Virus record (IMG/VR): IMGVR_UViG_3300035104_000006
Span: 17,576 to 81,575 of that record
DNA from: a virus
Length of the DNA: 64,000 nucleotides
Reading direction: 5' to 3' (one strand)
Below, piece after piece: positions 20,045-30,515 of this stretch. Made by a program: the position numbers and the translations under genes. Each line of letters starts with the position of its first letter. Position 1 is the stretch's first letter. Under the pieces are notes generated by a model. The model had not been told where the DNA came from. It saw nothing but the letters and a program-made list of their open reading frames with translations, and did no database searches.

Positions 20045-21327
20045 AAAAGGCAATCTTATGTAATAGAATCTTTTTAGAGGTTGACGACGAGACTAGAGTT
20101 AAACTAAGAAAAGAACTAACGTATAAGATTCCTCCTACTAGACGACACGAACCACCTCTTACAATTCGTAATGTGCAAAGCGTTATGAAAGGGGTAATTT
20201 CAATTCCTTCTGGTAGAGAGGATCTGATTCCAGAAGGTTACGAAATAGTAGACAAACGAATTAATAGCCCAGTTGAATTCCCAGAGTTTAAGTATACCCT
20301 AAGAGACTCTCAACAAGAGATATACGACCAGATTAATTCTAGTGCAATAATAAATGCTACAGTGTCTTTTGGTAAAACTTTTACAGCTTTAGCTATTGCT
20401 GGAAAGTTAAAACAAAAGACTTTAGTAGTAACCCACACAGTAGCTCTTAGAAATCAGTGGGAGCGAGAAATTAAAAAAGTGTATGGGATTTCTCCAAGTG
20501 TTATTGGTTCTGGCAGATTTGAATTAGCTGGGCCAATAGTAATCGGAAATATACAAACTCTTTATAATAATATTGATCGAATTAAAAAGGAGTTTGGGAC
20601 TTTAATCTTGGACGAAATGCATCACTGCTCAGCCGCTACATTTTCTAAAGTAGTAGATAGGTCCTGGGCTACTTATAAAATTGGGCTATCTGGTACAGTT
20701 AAACGTAAAGATGGTAAGCATGTAGTATTCACAGATTATTTTAGTAGTAAGATTTTCCAACCCCCTGTAGAGAACTCTATGGAGCCTGAGATTCATCTTC
20801 ATAAGTCTGAGATACGTCTTATTGATGGAGAAATACCTTGGGCTACTAAGATGAATAAGCTAGCGTATGACCAAGATTATCAACATAGTGTAGCTTTATT
20901 AGCTTCCTACTATGCTAGTAAAGGGCATAAAGTTCTGGTAGTATCAGATCGAGTTGAATTTCTTATCTCCTGCGCCGAGTTAGTTGGTTCTAATGCTATT
21001 AGTGTTACGGGTGCTATAAAGGACTTTGAAGAGCGTGAGAGATTATTAAAACAAGTAAGCTCAGGTGAGTACAATGTTCTTTGTGGTACACAAAGTATAT
21101 TCTCGGAGGGGATATCCTTAAACGAACTGTCTTGTTTAATTATGGCTACCCCTATAAATAATGAACCTTTACTTGAACAGCTAATAGGCAGAATACAACG
21201 AATCTGTGAAGGAAAACCAACCCCCGTAGTAGTAGATATAAATTTACTTGGGGGTATAGCTAAAAGACAGGCGGAAAATAGATTAGGTTTCTATCTTCGT
21301 AAAGGATGGAAAGTTAGCACCATCTAA
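20041..21327 (+). CDS. D10: SF2 DEAD/H helicase (T5 D10-like)
   Basis: SFGKT, LDEMHH, GLSGT, QLIGRIQR. Confidence 0.88.
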   Translation: MKKAILCNRIFLEVDDETRVKLRKELTYKIPPTRRHEPPLTIRNVQSVMKGVISIPSGREDLIPEGYEIVDKRINSPVEFPEFKYTLRDSQQEIYDQINSSAIINATVSFGKTFTALAIAGKLKQKTLVVTHTVALRNQWEREIKKVYGISPSVIGSGRFELAGPIVIGNIQTLYNNIDRIKKEFGTLILDEMHHCSAATFSKVVDRSWATYKIGLSGTVKRKDGKHVVFTDYFSSKIFQPPVENSMEPEIHLHKSEIRLIDGEIPWATKMNKLAYDQDYQHSVALLASYYASKGHKVLVVSDRVEFLISCAELVGSNAISVTGAIKDFEERERLLKQVSSGEYNVLCGTQSIFSEGISLNELSCLIMATPINNEPLLEQLIGRIQRICEGKPTPVVVDINLLGGIAKRQAENRLGFYLRKGWKVSTI

Positions 21328-21335
21328 AATTGTTC

Positions 21336-21364
21336 TTGACATTTACCTCAATCTTTAGTATAAT
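21336..21364 (+). promoter_or_regulatory. sigma70 promoter
   Basis: TTGACA-17-TATAAT. Confidence 0.85.
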
Positions 21365-21399
21365 AGTAGTATAAATAATGGTTAGGAAGTATAAAAATT

Positions 21400-21804
21400 A
21401 TGGTCTTTTATAACTGGAGGAGAATTTATGCGCTAACTAAGGGGTCGTCTTTCAAAATCTTTGACGTAATTGAGTACTTAACCTACAGAAAATTACCTTG
21501 GAATAAACTATCAAAACACTATTGGGTATCCCAACATGATTGGCATGGAGATAGTTTTCTTATTAATCCGCGTGACTTACTAGAACAAGGTCAGCTTATA
21601 ACTACTAAAAGAGACATCGCCGAATACGTCGGCTTAGCTAGTATGAGAAACTACGCGGAGTATAAAGTTTTTGGTGACCCAACATTAGACTTCCTCGCCT
21701 GTAGCGGGAAGGAAGACATTATTCAACGGAATAGACTTCTACGATTAGAAGATGGTAGAGTACATTTTCTATACGAAGATGCCGTTCCAGACAAAAAGGA
21801 GTAA
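21400..21804 (+). CDS. T5-conserved hypothetical protein
   Basis: SFLINP..LL...AEYVGLASMRNYAEY; synteny. Confidence 0.65.
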   Translation: MVFYNWRRIYALTKGSSFKIFDVIEYLTYRKLPWNKLSKHYWVSQHDWHGDSFLINPRDLLEQGQLITTKRDIAEYVGLASMRNYAEYKVFGDPTLDFLACSGKEDIIQRNRLLRLEDGRVHFLYEDAVPDKKE

Positions 21805-21810
21805 AGTATT

Positions 21811-22455
21811 ATGGCTATTGCATTTAACAAGACTAATGGTTCAGCGAAAAAAGGTGGAGCAAAGTATTACGAGTACAAGATGGGTGATAATAAAGTACGA
21901 ATCTTCGGAGAAGTGCTCCCTCGCTATATTTACTGGGTATCTGGTACAAACGGTAAAAACGTACCTTTTGAGTGCCTAGCATTTAATCGAGATACTGAAA
22001 CATTTGATAAAGCCGAGCGAGATTACGTACAGGAGATGTATCCAGACCTTCGCTGCAGCTGGTCTTATGCCGTTAAATGTATTCAGGATGGAGAAGTAAA
22101 AATTATGTCTCTCAAAAAGAAGCTGTTCGAGCAGATTCTCACAGCTGCCGAGGATTTGGGAGACCCTACCGACCTTGAGACAGGTTATGATATCTGTTTT
22201 AAAAAGGTAAAAACTGGAAGTATGGCTTATAATGTGGAATACCAATTCCAGCCTCTCAAGTGTAAGCCTAGCCCAGTAACTGATGAAGAGCGTAAGCTTA
22301 TTGAAGAATCAAAGCCTATTGATGAACTGCTTCCTCGTGAATCAGCCGAAGACCAGAAAAAACGACTTGATAAACTTATGAGTATGGTTGATGGTGAAGA
22401 GGAGAAGGAAGAGGAAGTTGATTCTGAAATAGCTGACGAGTTTGATGTAGAATAA
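21811..22455 (+). CDS. D11: T5 D11-like ssDNA-binding protein
   Basis: VLPRYIYW...PFECLAFNR...WSYA...LKKKLFEQI; acidic tail. Confidence 0.75.
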   Translation: MAIAFNKTNGSAKKGGAKYYEYKMGDNKVRIFGEVLPRYIYWVSGTNGKNVPFECLAFNRDTETFDKAERDYVQEMYPDLRCSWSYAVKCIQDGEVKIMSLKKKLFEQILTAAEDLGDPTDLETGYDICFKKVKTGSMAYNVEYQFQPLKCKPSPVTDEERKLIEESKPIDELLPRESAEDQKKRLDKLMSMVDGEEEKEEEVDSEIADEFDVE

Positions 22456-22456
22456 T

Positions 22457-23383
22457 ATGAAAATACTATTAACAGCAGATTATCATATAAAGTTAGGGCA
22501 GAAAAACGTGCCTTTTGATTGGGCTGTTAATAGGTTTGAAAGTTTATTTCAGCAAATTCACTCTATTGATTGTGACGTCCATGTGGTAGCCGGTGATATA
22601 TTTGACCGGCTACCATCATTGGATGAGTTAAAAGTATTTTATCAATTCGTACTAGGATGCACTGTAGATACATATATTATTGATGGTAATCATGAGGCTA
22701 CTAAGAAAGGGCACACTTTCTTAGAGAAGCTTACTGATATTGTGCAACTATTAAATCCTAAAGTTAGAATTGTCACTAGTATTGAGGAATTTGACTGGGG
22801 CACTCTGCTCCCTTACTGTAAATTAAAGCAGAAGGGAGTTTTTGCGTCTTTGGATAAGAGTAAGCCTCTTTTTACACATGTTAGAGGAGAAATTCCTCCT
22901 CATGTCAAACCAGAAATAGACTTAGACCTATTATCAGATTTTCCAGTAGTTTATGCAGGAGACCTACACTCTCATTCTAATACTCAAAGGAATATAGTAT
23001 ATCCAGGTTCTCCTATTACTACAAGTTTCCACCGCTCTCTAGTAAGTACAGGATATGTACTAATTGAGGATGCTAGCTGGGAGTGGCATAAATTTGAAGT
23101 TCCACAATTAATACGTAAGACAGTTACATCAGAAAAAGAGATGATACTGACAGATTACCATCATACTATTTATGAGTATGAAGGAAATCTAGCAGAACTA
23201 TCAGATGTTAAAAATACCGAGTTACTGGATAAGAAAATAGTTAAACGTAGTTCAGAGGCATCTCTAATTCTTACTAATAATATGACTATAGAAGACGAGC
23301 TGTCTGAGTTCTTCCTGTATATTCTAGAGCTGAGCGAAGCTGAAACCAAAGAAGCTATAGGAGTTTTTCGTGATAATATTTAA
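22457..23383 (+). CDS. D12: SbcD/Mre11-like nuclease (T5 D12)
   Basis: ADYH, GDIFD, GNHE, GDLH, PGSP. Confidence 0.88.
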   Translation: MKILLTADYHIKLGQKNVPFDWAVNRFESLFQQIHSIDCDVHVVAGDIFDRLPSLDELKVFYQFVLGCTVDTYIIDGNHEATKKGHTFLEKLTDIVQLLNPKVRIVTSIEEFDWGTLLPYCKLKQKGVFASLDKSKPLFTHVRGEIPPHVKPEIDLDLLSDFPVVYAGDLHSHSNTQRNIVYPGSPITTSFHRSLVSTGYVLIEDASWEWHKFEVPQLIRKTVTSEKEMILTDYHHTIYEYEGNLAELSDVKNTELLDKKIVKRSSEASLILTNNMTIEDELSEFFLYILELSEAETKEAIGVFRDNI

Positions 23384-25172
23384 AGAGTTAAAATGGGATA
23401 ACTGCTTCAGTTATGGAGTTGGTAATTCTCTTAGGCTTGACGGTGATTCCCTCACTCAGCTAGTAGCAGAGAACGGCAGCGGAAAGTCCTCTATACCTCT
23501 CATTCTTGAAGAAGTGCTCTTCAACAAAAACTTCAAAGGCATCAAAAAGGCGGATATTCCCAACAGGACAGGAGATGGTACATATAATATTTCATTATCT
23601 TTTGAAGTAGACGGTGAAGACTATTTAGTTGATTTAAAACGCACTAAAAGTATCAAACTGAAGCTGTTCAAGAATGGGAAGGATATCTCTAGTCATACTG
23701 CTACTAGCACTTTTAAGCAGATTCAAGAAATATTAAAAATTGACTATAAAACATTCACCCAACTAGTCTACCAAGGCAATAACTCAGGGCTTCAATTCCT
23801 CACTGCTACCGATACAACTAGAAAGAAATTTTTAATAGAACTCTTAGGGCTGGAAAAATATGTTGAGTATTATGAAACTTTTAAAACTGTGGCGAGGGAA
23901 ACAAATATTTCAGTTTCTGCGCTTGAGTCTAAGTGTGAAACTATTAAAGGCTGGCTTGAAGATAATAAACTAAAAGACGATAGTGAGTGGGAAATTCAAG
24001 AAATTAATATAAGTACTGAACACTTAGAGAAAGAATTAGCTGAATTAAAAGTATCAAAAGACAACATAGAACAGACTAATCGTAAAATTACCTCTAATAA
24101 TAGTAACAAGAAGCGTCTAGATGAGCTTAGTAATAAACCTAAGATTACTACTGAAACTACTAAAATAGATACGTCTAGTATTAACTCTGAAATAGGCGGT
24201 TTAAAATCTGAGCAAAGGACAATTAAAGCTCAAGTAGATAAAGTTAAGTCTGTAAACCAAGAATGCCCTACCTGTAAGCAGAAAGTTTCTGAAGAGTTTA
24301 AAGAAAACTACATTTCTAGTAAACGAGAAGAATTTAACAAGCTAAAAGAAAAGCTTGAAAAGCTTAAAACTGAACTAAAGGGTGCACAAGAACATAATAA
24401 AGCAGTAGAAGCCCAACAAGCAAGAGACAAAGAGTTTGAAAAAATCTACCAAACTATTGATAGCTCTCTCCCAGAAGAACTGCTAGTAAAAGATGACCTT
24501 GAAGAACAAATACAGGCTCTCACTTCTAAGATTAAGGAACAGCGTAGTAAATTAAACACTATAATCGCTAAAAATCAAGAAGCTGAGCGGCATAATACCA
24601 AGGTTAAGTTATACAAAGAACAGAGCGCAAGTTATCTTACTAAACTAAAAGAAGCTGAAGAAGAGTTAAAAGAAGTAAAACATTATCGTAAAAGCGTAGA
24701 ATTGCTTAAAAAAGCATTCTCTACTAATGGTTTATTAGCGTATAAGATAGAAAATCTTGTAAAAGAGTTGGAGGATTTAGCTAATACTTATTTAGCTGAG
24801 TTAAGCGACGGTAGATTTACTATAGACTTCTTTGTTGAAAAAGACAAGCTAAATATCAATATTACAGATGAAGGCAAAGATACGTTAATCACCGCTCTTT
24901 CCAGCGGAGAATTAGCACGGGTTAATATAGCCACCCTACTAGCTATAAGAAGTCTAATGAACAGTATTTCTAAATCTAGAATAAATACTTTATTCTTGGA
25001 TGAAATTATTAATACACTGGACGAGTTTGGTAGAGAGAAGCTAATTGAAGTCCTTTCCAAAGAGAAGAATTTAAATAGTTTTGTCGTATCGCACGGCTGG
25101 GAACATCCAATGCTAACTAAAGTAGGAATTAGCAAGGAGGAAGGAATAAGTAGAATAGACTATGGCGGTTGA
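23370..25172 (+). CDS. D13: SbcC/Rad50-like ATPase (T5 D13)
   Basis: NGSGKS, CPTC hook, LSSGE, FLDE. Confidence 0.9.
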   Translation: MIIFKELKWDNCFSYGVGNSLRLDGDSLTQLVAENGSGKSSIPLILEEVLFNKNFKGIKKADIPNRTGDGTYNISLSFEVDGEDYLVDLKRTKSIKLKLFKNGKDISSHTATSTFKQIQEILKIDYKTFTQLVYQGNNSGLQFLTATDTTRKKFLIELLGLEKYVEYYETFKTVARETNISVSALESKCETIKGWLEDNKLKDDSEWEIQEINISTEHLEKELAELKVSKDNIEQTNRKITSNNSNKKRLDELSNKPKITTETTKIDTSSINSEIGGLKSEQRTIKAQVDKVKSVNQECPTCKQKVSEEFKENYISSKREEFNKLKEKLEKLKTELKGAQEHNKAVEAQQARDKEFEKIYQTIDSSLPEELLVKDDLEEQIQALTSKIKEQRSKLNTIIAKNQEAERHNTKVKLYKEQSASYLTKLKEAEEELKEVKHYRKSVELLKKAFSTNGLLAYKIENLVKELEDLANTYLAELSDGRFTIDFFVEKDKLNINITDEGKDTLITALSSGELARVNIATLLAIRSLMNSISKSRINTLFLDEIINTLDEFGREKLIEVLSKEKNLNSFVVSHGWEHPMLTKVGISKEEGISRIDYGG

Positions 25173-25614
25173 TAGTAGAGCAAAGGGAGCGCGCGGTGAA
25201 TACCAAGCGCGCGACCTATTACGTAAATATACGGATTACCAATGGGAGCGTGTGCCTGCTTCAGGTGCGCTAAGTTACCTCAAAGGTGACCTTTATGTCC
25301 CAAATGAGGATAATAAATATATGATCGAAGTTAAAAACTATGAGGAGCCTATCTTCGACCATAAAGTATTCACCAATAAGAGTTCTCCCTTTACAAAGTT
25401 CTGGCAAAAAGCGGTGGAGCAAGCAGGGGAACGAGATCAACATCCCGTATTAGTATTTAAACATAATAGAAGTAAATTTTTCGTTGCCGTAGATAGGGAA
25501 CCTAAGAGTGTAAATAGATTCATGTTCATTAAATGGTTGGATGTGTATGTTCTTATGTTTGAAGAATGGCTACAGAAAGAGGAAATTGAATGGCTAAAAA
25601 ATTCGGCGAATTAG
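25162..25614 (+). CDS. D14: Holliday-junction-resolvase-like endonuclease (T5 D14)
   Basis: SRAKGARGE...KGD...IEVK. Confidence 0.8.
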   Translation: MAVDSRAKGARGEYQARDLLRKYTDYQWERVPASGALSYLKGDLYVPNEDNKYMIEVKNYEEPIFDHKVFTNKSSPFTKFWQKAVEQAGERDQHPVLVFKHNRSKFFVAVDREPKSVNRFMFIKWLDVYVLMFEEWLQKEEIEWLKNSAN

Positions 25615-26426
25615 GAGAAGTTGACAATAGTAGAGTTCTCATTGTTGACGCACTCAACGTCTCTTTTACTTTCTTTGCTAAAAAACAATGGGATTTTGCT
25701 GATGATTTTCTTGATTTTTGCAGGTCATTGGCTAGGTCTTACAAATGTGGGAGAATTCTTATCACAGCGGATAAAGGTTCCTCCAGTTATCGCAAGGAAA
25801 TTTTCCCTGACTACAAAGGTAATCGTAAAGATTTACAGGAAAAGCAAACCGAGCAAGAAAAACAAGATTTTGAAATGTTCATCCAAGGCTATAATGACAT
25901 GCTAGAAATAGCTGAAGATGAAGGTTATACAGTTTTAGCTTGCCAAGGGGTAGAAGCGGATGATATTGCTGCCTATCTTGTCAAATATAAAAACGATTTT
26001 GGATTTGGTAATATCTTTTTAGTAAGTTCTGATAAAGACTGGGACTTGTTGCTTAACCATGAAGTACAGCGATTCTCCCATATGACTAGGAAGGATTATA
26101 CTATAGATACGTGGGTAGATAGATACGAATTTCACCACGATGACTATATATCTTATAAGTGTCTGACAGGAGATGCGGGAGATAACGTACCTGGGGTAAA
26201 CGGAATTGGGGATAAACGAGCCACTCAACTAATAGAACAGTATGGTTCGGTATTTGATATTTATGACCAACTTCCGTTACCTGGTAAGCAAAAATTTGTG
26301 CAAAATCTCAATGACTTTGGTGAACAACTTCTTACTAATGTTGAGTTAATGGATTTATTAACTTATTGTGATGAAGCTATTGGAGAAGATAATATAGCTG
26401 ATATAAGGGAGAAACTGAATGACTGA
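25590..26426 (+). CDS. D15: flap/5'-3' exonuclease (T5 D15)
   Basis: IVDALN, YKGNR, EADD, SSDKDW, GDAGDNVPGV.GIG. Confidence 0.92.
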   Translation: MAKKFGELGEVDNSRVLIVDALNVSFTFFAKKQWDFADDFLDFCRSLARSYKCGRILITADKGSSSYRKEIFPDYKGNRKDLQEKQTEQEKQDFEMFIQGYNDMLEIAEDEGYTVLACQGVEADDIAAYLVKYKNDFGFGNIFLVSSDKDWDLLLNHEVQRFSHMTRKDYTIDTWVDRYEFHHDDYISYKCLTGDAGDNVPGVNGIGDKRATQLIEQYGSVFDIYDQLPLPGKQKFVQNLNDFGEQLLTNVELMDLLTYCDEAIGEDNIADIREKLND

Positions 26427-26688
26427 TAAAGACCTAGATAAAGAGCTTGAAATTATAATCAAGAATACAAAGTCAATTGAATCTCTTAGAGCATTATATA
26501 ACATTAACAAGACTTTAGAAGACAGAAAAGCAGAAAAACTTGATGAATTAGAGCAAAAAATACGTGCACTGACAGAGGAACATGATAAACTCGCTCAAAA
26601 AAGTTCACCTTGGGCATTATCATATTCAGAGATAATAAAACGCAGAATATCAGAACTAATAGTAGGAGACGACGAATGCTCAGAATAG
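26419..26688 (+). CDS. coiled-coil hypothetical protein
   Basis: Coupled ORF. Confidence 0.55.
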   Translation: MTDKDLDKELEIIIKNTKSIESLRALYNINKTLEDRKAEKLDELEQKIRALTEEHDKLAQKSSPWALSYSEIIKRRISELIVGDDECSE

Positions 26689-27089
26689 TAACAGATAATC
26701 CTAATCAATTCCAGAAAGCACACTCCGCAGATGCGGGGTACGACATACTTTCTTCCGAGGATAAGAAGGTCAGCGCCGGTAGCCGTGCATTAATTTCCAC
26801 AGGATTACGTGTGGCTATTCCAGAAGGATATGTAGGGATTATTAAACCACGTAGTGGGCTTTCTGTAAAGCATAGTATAGATATTGGTGCCGGAGTAGTT
26901 GATAGCGGGTACACTGGTGAAGTAAAAGTATGCTTTATAAATAATGGAAAAGTACCTTATCATATTAAAAAAGGAAACAAAATAGCTCAGATGGTAGTAG
27001 TTCCAATCTATACAGAAGAAGTAAAGAGAGTGGCTTCTATTGAAGAATCTGAACGCTCTGAGGGAGGATTCAATTCTAGTGGTTACTAG
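26676..27089 (+). CDS. dut: trimeric dUTPase
   Basis: AGYD, PRSGL, GVVDSGYTGEV, AQMV, RSEGGFNSSG; AGGAG RBS at this start. Confidence 0.95.
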   Translation: MLRIVTDNPNQFQKAHSADAGYDILSSEDKKVSAGSRALISTGLRVAIPEGYVGIIKPRSGLSVKHSIDIGAGVVDSGYTGEVKVCFINNGKVPYHIKKGNKIAQMVVVPIYTEEVKRVASIEESERSEGGFNSSGY

Positions 27090-27190
27090 TACTAAACCTA
27101 CGGGATTTTTACATAGTACTAAACCTACGAGATTTTTACATAGTACTAAACCTACGGGATTTTTACATAGTACTAAACCTACGGGATTTT
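27087..27190 (+). repeat. 27-bp tandem direct repeat x ~3.9 (TAGTACTAAACCTACGGGATTTTTACA)
   Basis: Units start at 27087, 27114 (one G>A), 27141, 27168 (23 bp); no spacers. Confidence 0.95.
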
Positions 27191-27202
27191 GAAAGGATAC
27201 AA

Positions 27203-29404
27203 ATGGATAAGAATTTTAGAACACTAATGGCTGAAGCTAAGTTCTTTGAGGGCTACGCTCGATTTGATGATAATCTTGGTAGGTACGAAACTTGGGAGGA
27301 AGCTGTAACTCGTGTAATGAATATGCACAGAGATTATTACTCTAACCTCATGACTCCTGAGCTAAAAGATTATATTGACTTTGCTGAACGCATGTATAAA
27401 GATAAAAAAGTTCTGGGAGCACAACGAGCACTTCAATTTGGAGGCGATCAACTTCTAAAAAACCATGCTAGGCTTTATAACTGCGCTGCAACCTATGCAG
27501 ACCGACCTGAGTTTTTTGGAGAATGTTTTCATTTAATGCTTTGTGGTTGTGGAGTAGGCTTCTCTGTACAAAGGCCTCATGTTGCTAGTATGCCTGAGAT
27601 TAGACGCAGAGATAAAGACCCTAAAACTTTTGTAGTCCCTGATAGTATTGAAGGGTGGGCTAGAGCATTGGACGTTCTAATGTCTAGCTTCTTCACTAGC
27701 GGAGTACACCAAGAGTATGAAGGACACAAAGTTTATTTTGACCTTGAGCAAATACGCCCCAAAGGGGCACATATCTCAGGGGGTTTCAAAGCACCTGGCC
27801 CAGAGCCTTTAAGAAAAGCCCTTGATAGAATAGAGCAAATGCTAAAAGATATTCTAAAATCTGGGCGCACAACTCTTAAACCAATAGATATTTATGATAT
27901 CACGATGCACGCGGCAGATGCCGTGATAAGCGGCGGTGTCCGCCGAGCTGCTACTATTTGTCTCTTCTCTCTCGATGATAAAGAAATGATGAGAGCTAAG
28001 ACAGGGAATTGGTTTAACGATAATCCACAACGTGCTAGGAGTAATAACTCAGTAGTTCTTTTAAGGGATGAAACTTCCTATACGGAATTAAAAGCTATAG
28101 TTGATTCTATAAAAGAATGTGGAGAGCCTGGGTTTGTATTCTCTGATGATATAGACACTCTCTTTAATCCATGCTGTGAAATCGGCCTTTACCCCCGCCT
28201 TGAAAGCGGAAATACAGGGGTTCAGATGTGTAACCTTACAGAGATTAATGGAGGGCTTTCAAATACAAAAGAGGAATTTTTCGAACAATGTCAAGCAGCT
28301 GCAATTCTAGGTACTCTACAAGCTGGTTATACTAATTTTAAGTTTCTAAACGAGGAATCTCATAAGCTGATTGAAGAGGAAGCTCTTATTGGGGTAGGAA
28401 TAACTGGTTGGATGAATAACCCAGATATATTATTTGACAAGAATAATATGGTTGGAGGAGCAGAGATTGTAAAGGCAACCAATAAAGTATTAGCAGAAAT
28501 TTTAAGAATTAACCCAGCAGCTAGATGTACGACAGTAAAACCTTCTGGTAATTCTAGCGTTTTGCTAGAAACTACAAGTGGTATTCACGGAGAGCATGCT
28601 CCTGCATATATTCGTAACGTTCAGTTTAATAAAGAGACAGAAATTGCTAAGATTTTTGAAAAACTGAACCCTGATATGGTGTCAGATTCAGTATGGTCAC
28701 AAAATGGTACTGATATATGTGTTTCTTTTCCAGTGATTAGCCCAAAAGGCAGTAAGTATAAATCAGAACTACTAGGAGTTAAACAACTAGAATATGTGAA
28801 GAGAGCTCAACAGTATTGGATAGAATATGGTACTGACATAGACTTATGCCGTAAGCCTTATTTAAGACATAACGTTTCTAATACAATTACTGTGGACGAT
28901 TGGGATGAAGTAATTGACTATGTATACGATAACAGAGATTATCTATGCGGAGTATCATTTCTATCGGAATTCGGAGATAAAGCCCTACCTCAGGCTCCCT
29001 TTACAGAAGTACTAAATCTACAACAATTGACGGACAAATATGGAGCAGAAGTGCTCCTAACTTCCGCACTTATTGAGGCAGGTCTTCATGCTTTTAATGA
29101 TGATTTATGGTTGGCATGTGATACTGCTCTCGGTAGAGGTAAAGATATTAGTAAAGAAACGCACAGTAATATTCCTAAGCGAGATTTTGTACGTAGATTT
29201 GAAAAATTTGCCAAAAACTTCTCTACTAAAGAAGAATGTGCTGAATGCCTCAAAGATGTATATCTATTTCATAGATGGTGGAAGATACAGAAAAACGCTA
29301 GATTTATTAATTTTGTAGAAGAGTTAGAGGAAAAGACTTACACTGATATTAACACTATGGGCGCACAAGCCTGCGCAGGAGGCGCATGTGAGTGGGGATC
29401 GTAA
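27203..29404 (+). CDS. nrdJ: ribonucleotide reductase large subunit, probably class II (B12-dependent)
   Basis: RALQFGG, LYNC, NPCCEI, CNLTEIN, TTVKPSG, C-terminal CAGGAC; no beta subunit adjacent. Confidence 0.75.
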   Translation: MDKNFRTLMAEAKFFEGYARFDDNLGRYETWEEAVTRVMNMHRDYYSNLMTPELKDYIDFAERMYKDKKVLGAQRALQFGGDQLLKNHARLYNCAATYADRPEFFGECFHLMLCGCGVGFSVQRPHVASMPEIRRRDKDPKTFVVPDSIEGWARALDVLMSSFFTSGVHQEYEGHKVYFDLEQIRPKGAHISGGFKAPGPEPLRKALDRIEQMLKDILKSGRTTLKPIDIYDITMHAADAVISGGVRRAATICLFSLDDKEMMRAKTGNWFNDNPQRARSNNSVVLLRDETSYTELKAIVDSIKECGEPGFVFSDDIDTLFNPCCEIGLYPRLESGNTGVQMCNLTEINGGLSNTKEEFFEQCQAAAILGTLQAGYTNFKFLNEESHKLIEEEALIGVGITGWMNNPDILFDKNNMVGGAEIVKATNKVLAEILRINPAARCTTVKPSGNSSVLLETTSGIHGEHAPAYIRNVQFNKETEIAKIFEKLNPDMVSDSVWSQNGTDICVSFPVISPKGSKYKSELLGVKQLEYVKRAQQYWIEYGTDIDLCRKPYLRHNVSNTITVDDWDEVIDYVYDNRDYLCGVSFLSEFGDKALPQAPFTEVLNLQQLTDKYGAEVLLTSALIEAGLHAFNDDLWLACDTALGRGKDISKETHSNIPKRDFVRRFEKFAKNFSTKEECAECLKDVYLFHRWWKIQKNARFINFVEELEEKTYTDINTMGAQACAGGACEWGS

Positions 29405-29570
29405 ATTTGCTACAAATGAAGAAATACTAGAAGCCTTGGGAATATCTAATATAGATAATATATGCAAAGTCGAGATAATATTACTCCCAGAATGCTTACC
29501 TACTTTAAAAGTAACTCGGTATATTGACAATGCAGAAACTTTAACACAGTTCACAATTAGAAAAAGATAA
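29388..29570 (+). CDS. hypothetical protein
   Basis: Overlaps RNR stop. Confidence 0.45.
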   Translation: MSGDRKFATNEEILEALGISNIDNICKVEIILLPECLPTLKVTRYIDNAETLTQFTIRKR

Positions 29571-29614
29571 ACAAAAAGCCTCTACTACGAATATGTAGTA
29601 GAGGCTTTTTTGTT
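29570..29614. terminator. bidirectional terminator between convergent operons
   Basis: AAAAAGCCTCTACTAC-gaatat-GTAGTAGAGGCTTTTT. Confidence 0.9.
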
Positions 29615-29780
29615 ATTCTTTAGTAGAATCAAAATCAAACTCAGGCCACTCAGCCTCTCTTAACATGTCTTCAATTTCTGCGATAGTCATATTAGATACA
29701 TCATTATCACTAATATCTTTAATTCCTTTAATTACTTCTACTAAAACGGGTAGTAATTGTTTAATTAATTTAATATCCAT
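29613..29780 (-). CDS. hypothetical protein (55 aa, not in ORF track)
   Basis: Hand translation MDIKLIKQLLPVLVEV...DSTKE; GGAG RBS. Confidence 0.55.
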   Translation of the reverse strand: MDIKLIKQLLPVLVEVIKGIKDISDNDVSNMTIAEIEDMLREAEWPEFDFDSTKE

Positions 29781-30108
29781 ACGCAATTTCTCCTATCTTA
29801 GTCAAAGTATCAAATAGGTTTTTTCGTGCACGTTCTCGCTCATCTTCAAACTCTTTCTGGTTACTAAGGTATAAAAGTTCAAATTCTAAAGCATTAGTAT
29901 ATAACTTTTGAGATTTCTTATATAAGGAAGCGGCTTTATCACACTGTTTCTGATTAAGTACGCCCTCAGAACATAAACTATCAGCTGTCCTAGCTGCTAA
30001 AACTATTGATTCTTGGGCTGTTTTCAGCTGTCTTGCGCTATCCTTAGCGCTATATGCTGCACAGCCGGAGAGTAGCACTATTAGTAAAAATCCTATAAAA
30101 ATTCTCAT
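29770..30108 (-). CDS. lipoprotein (lysis-associated, spanin-like?)
   Basis: Signal peptide with LSGC lipobox. Confidence 0.65.
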   Translation of the reverse strand: MRIFIGFLLIVLLSGCAAYSAKDSARQLKTAQESIVLAARTADSLCSEGVLNQKQCDKAASLYKKSQKLYTNALEFELLYLSNQKEFEDERERARKNLFDTLTKIGEIAYGY

Positions 30109-30117
30109 AAAATCCCC

Positions 30118-30513
30118 TCAATAATTAGAACCTATACCAAGTATTGCTCCAATTCTAACACCCCAATAACCTTTTAACTGTTCCCATTTAGTGCCTCTAA
30201 TACCAATATCTTCTCGAAAAAGTTTATCAGCAATCTTACGCTCTTCTTTGTTTTTAGCGATAGAGCATCTAAAATCGTGTCTGCAACTAGCTATAGGATG
30301 CTTCCACTTGGGGAATCCTATAATAGGCATATTCCTCAGGGGCCCACTGGAGCTTCCATTCCATACAAATTTAGTAGGAATAAAACTTTCACCACAAGGC
30401 AATGGTTTTGTTAATTGCATGTGATCTGGTTTACCTGGAACAGAACTCATATAAATTTTTCTATCCCAACCTTTTAAAACTAGTTCAGTCTCTTTTGTAA
30501 AATAATTTTTCAT
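30118..30513 (-). CDS. DUF1353-like protein
   Basis: F.WNGSS....AS..HD pattern; usual position near tail/lysis genes. Confidence 0.6.
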   Translation of the reverse strand: MKNYFTKETELVLKGWDRKIYMSSVPGKPDHMQLTKPLPCGESFIPTKFVWNGSSSGPLRNMPIIGFPKWKHPIASCRHDFRCSIAKNKEERKIADKLFREDIGIRGTKWEQLKGYWGVRIGAILGIGSNY

Positions 30514-30515
30514 AC

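Noticed and set aside
27087-27190. 27-bp repeats as a CRISPR mini-array
   Set aside because: Units are directly adjacent with no spacers.
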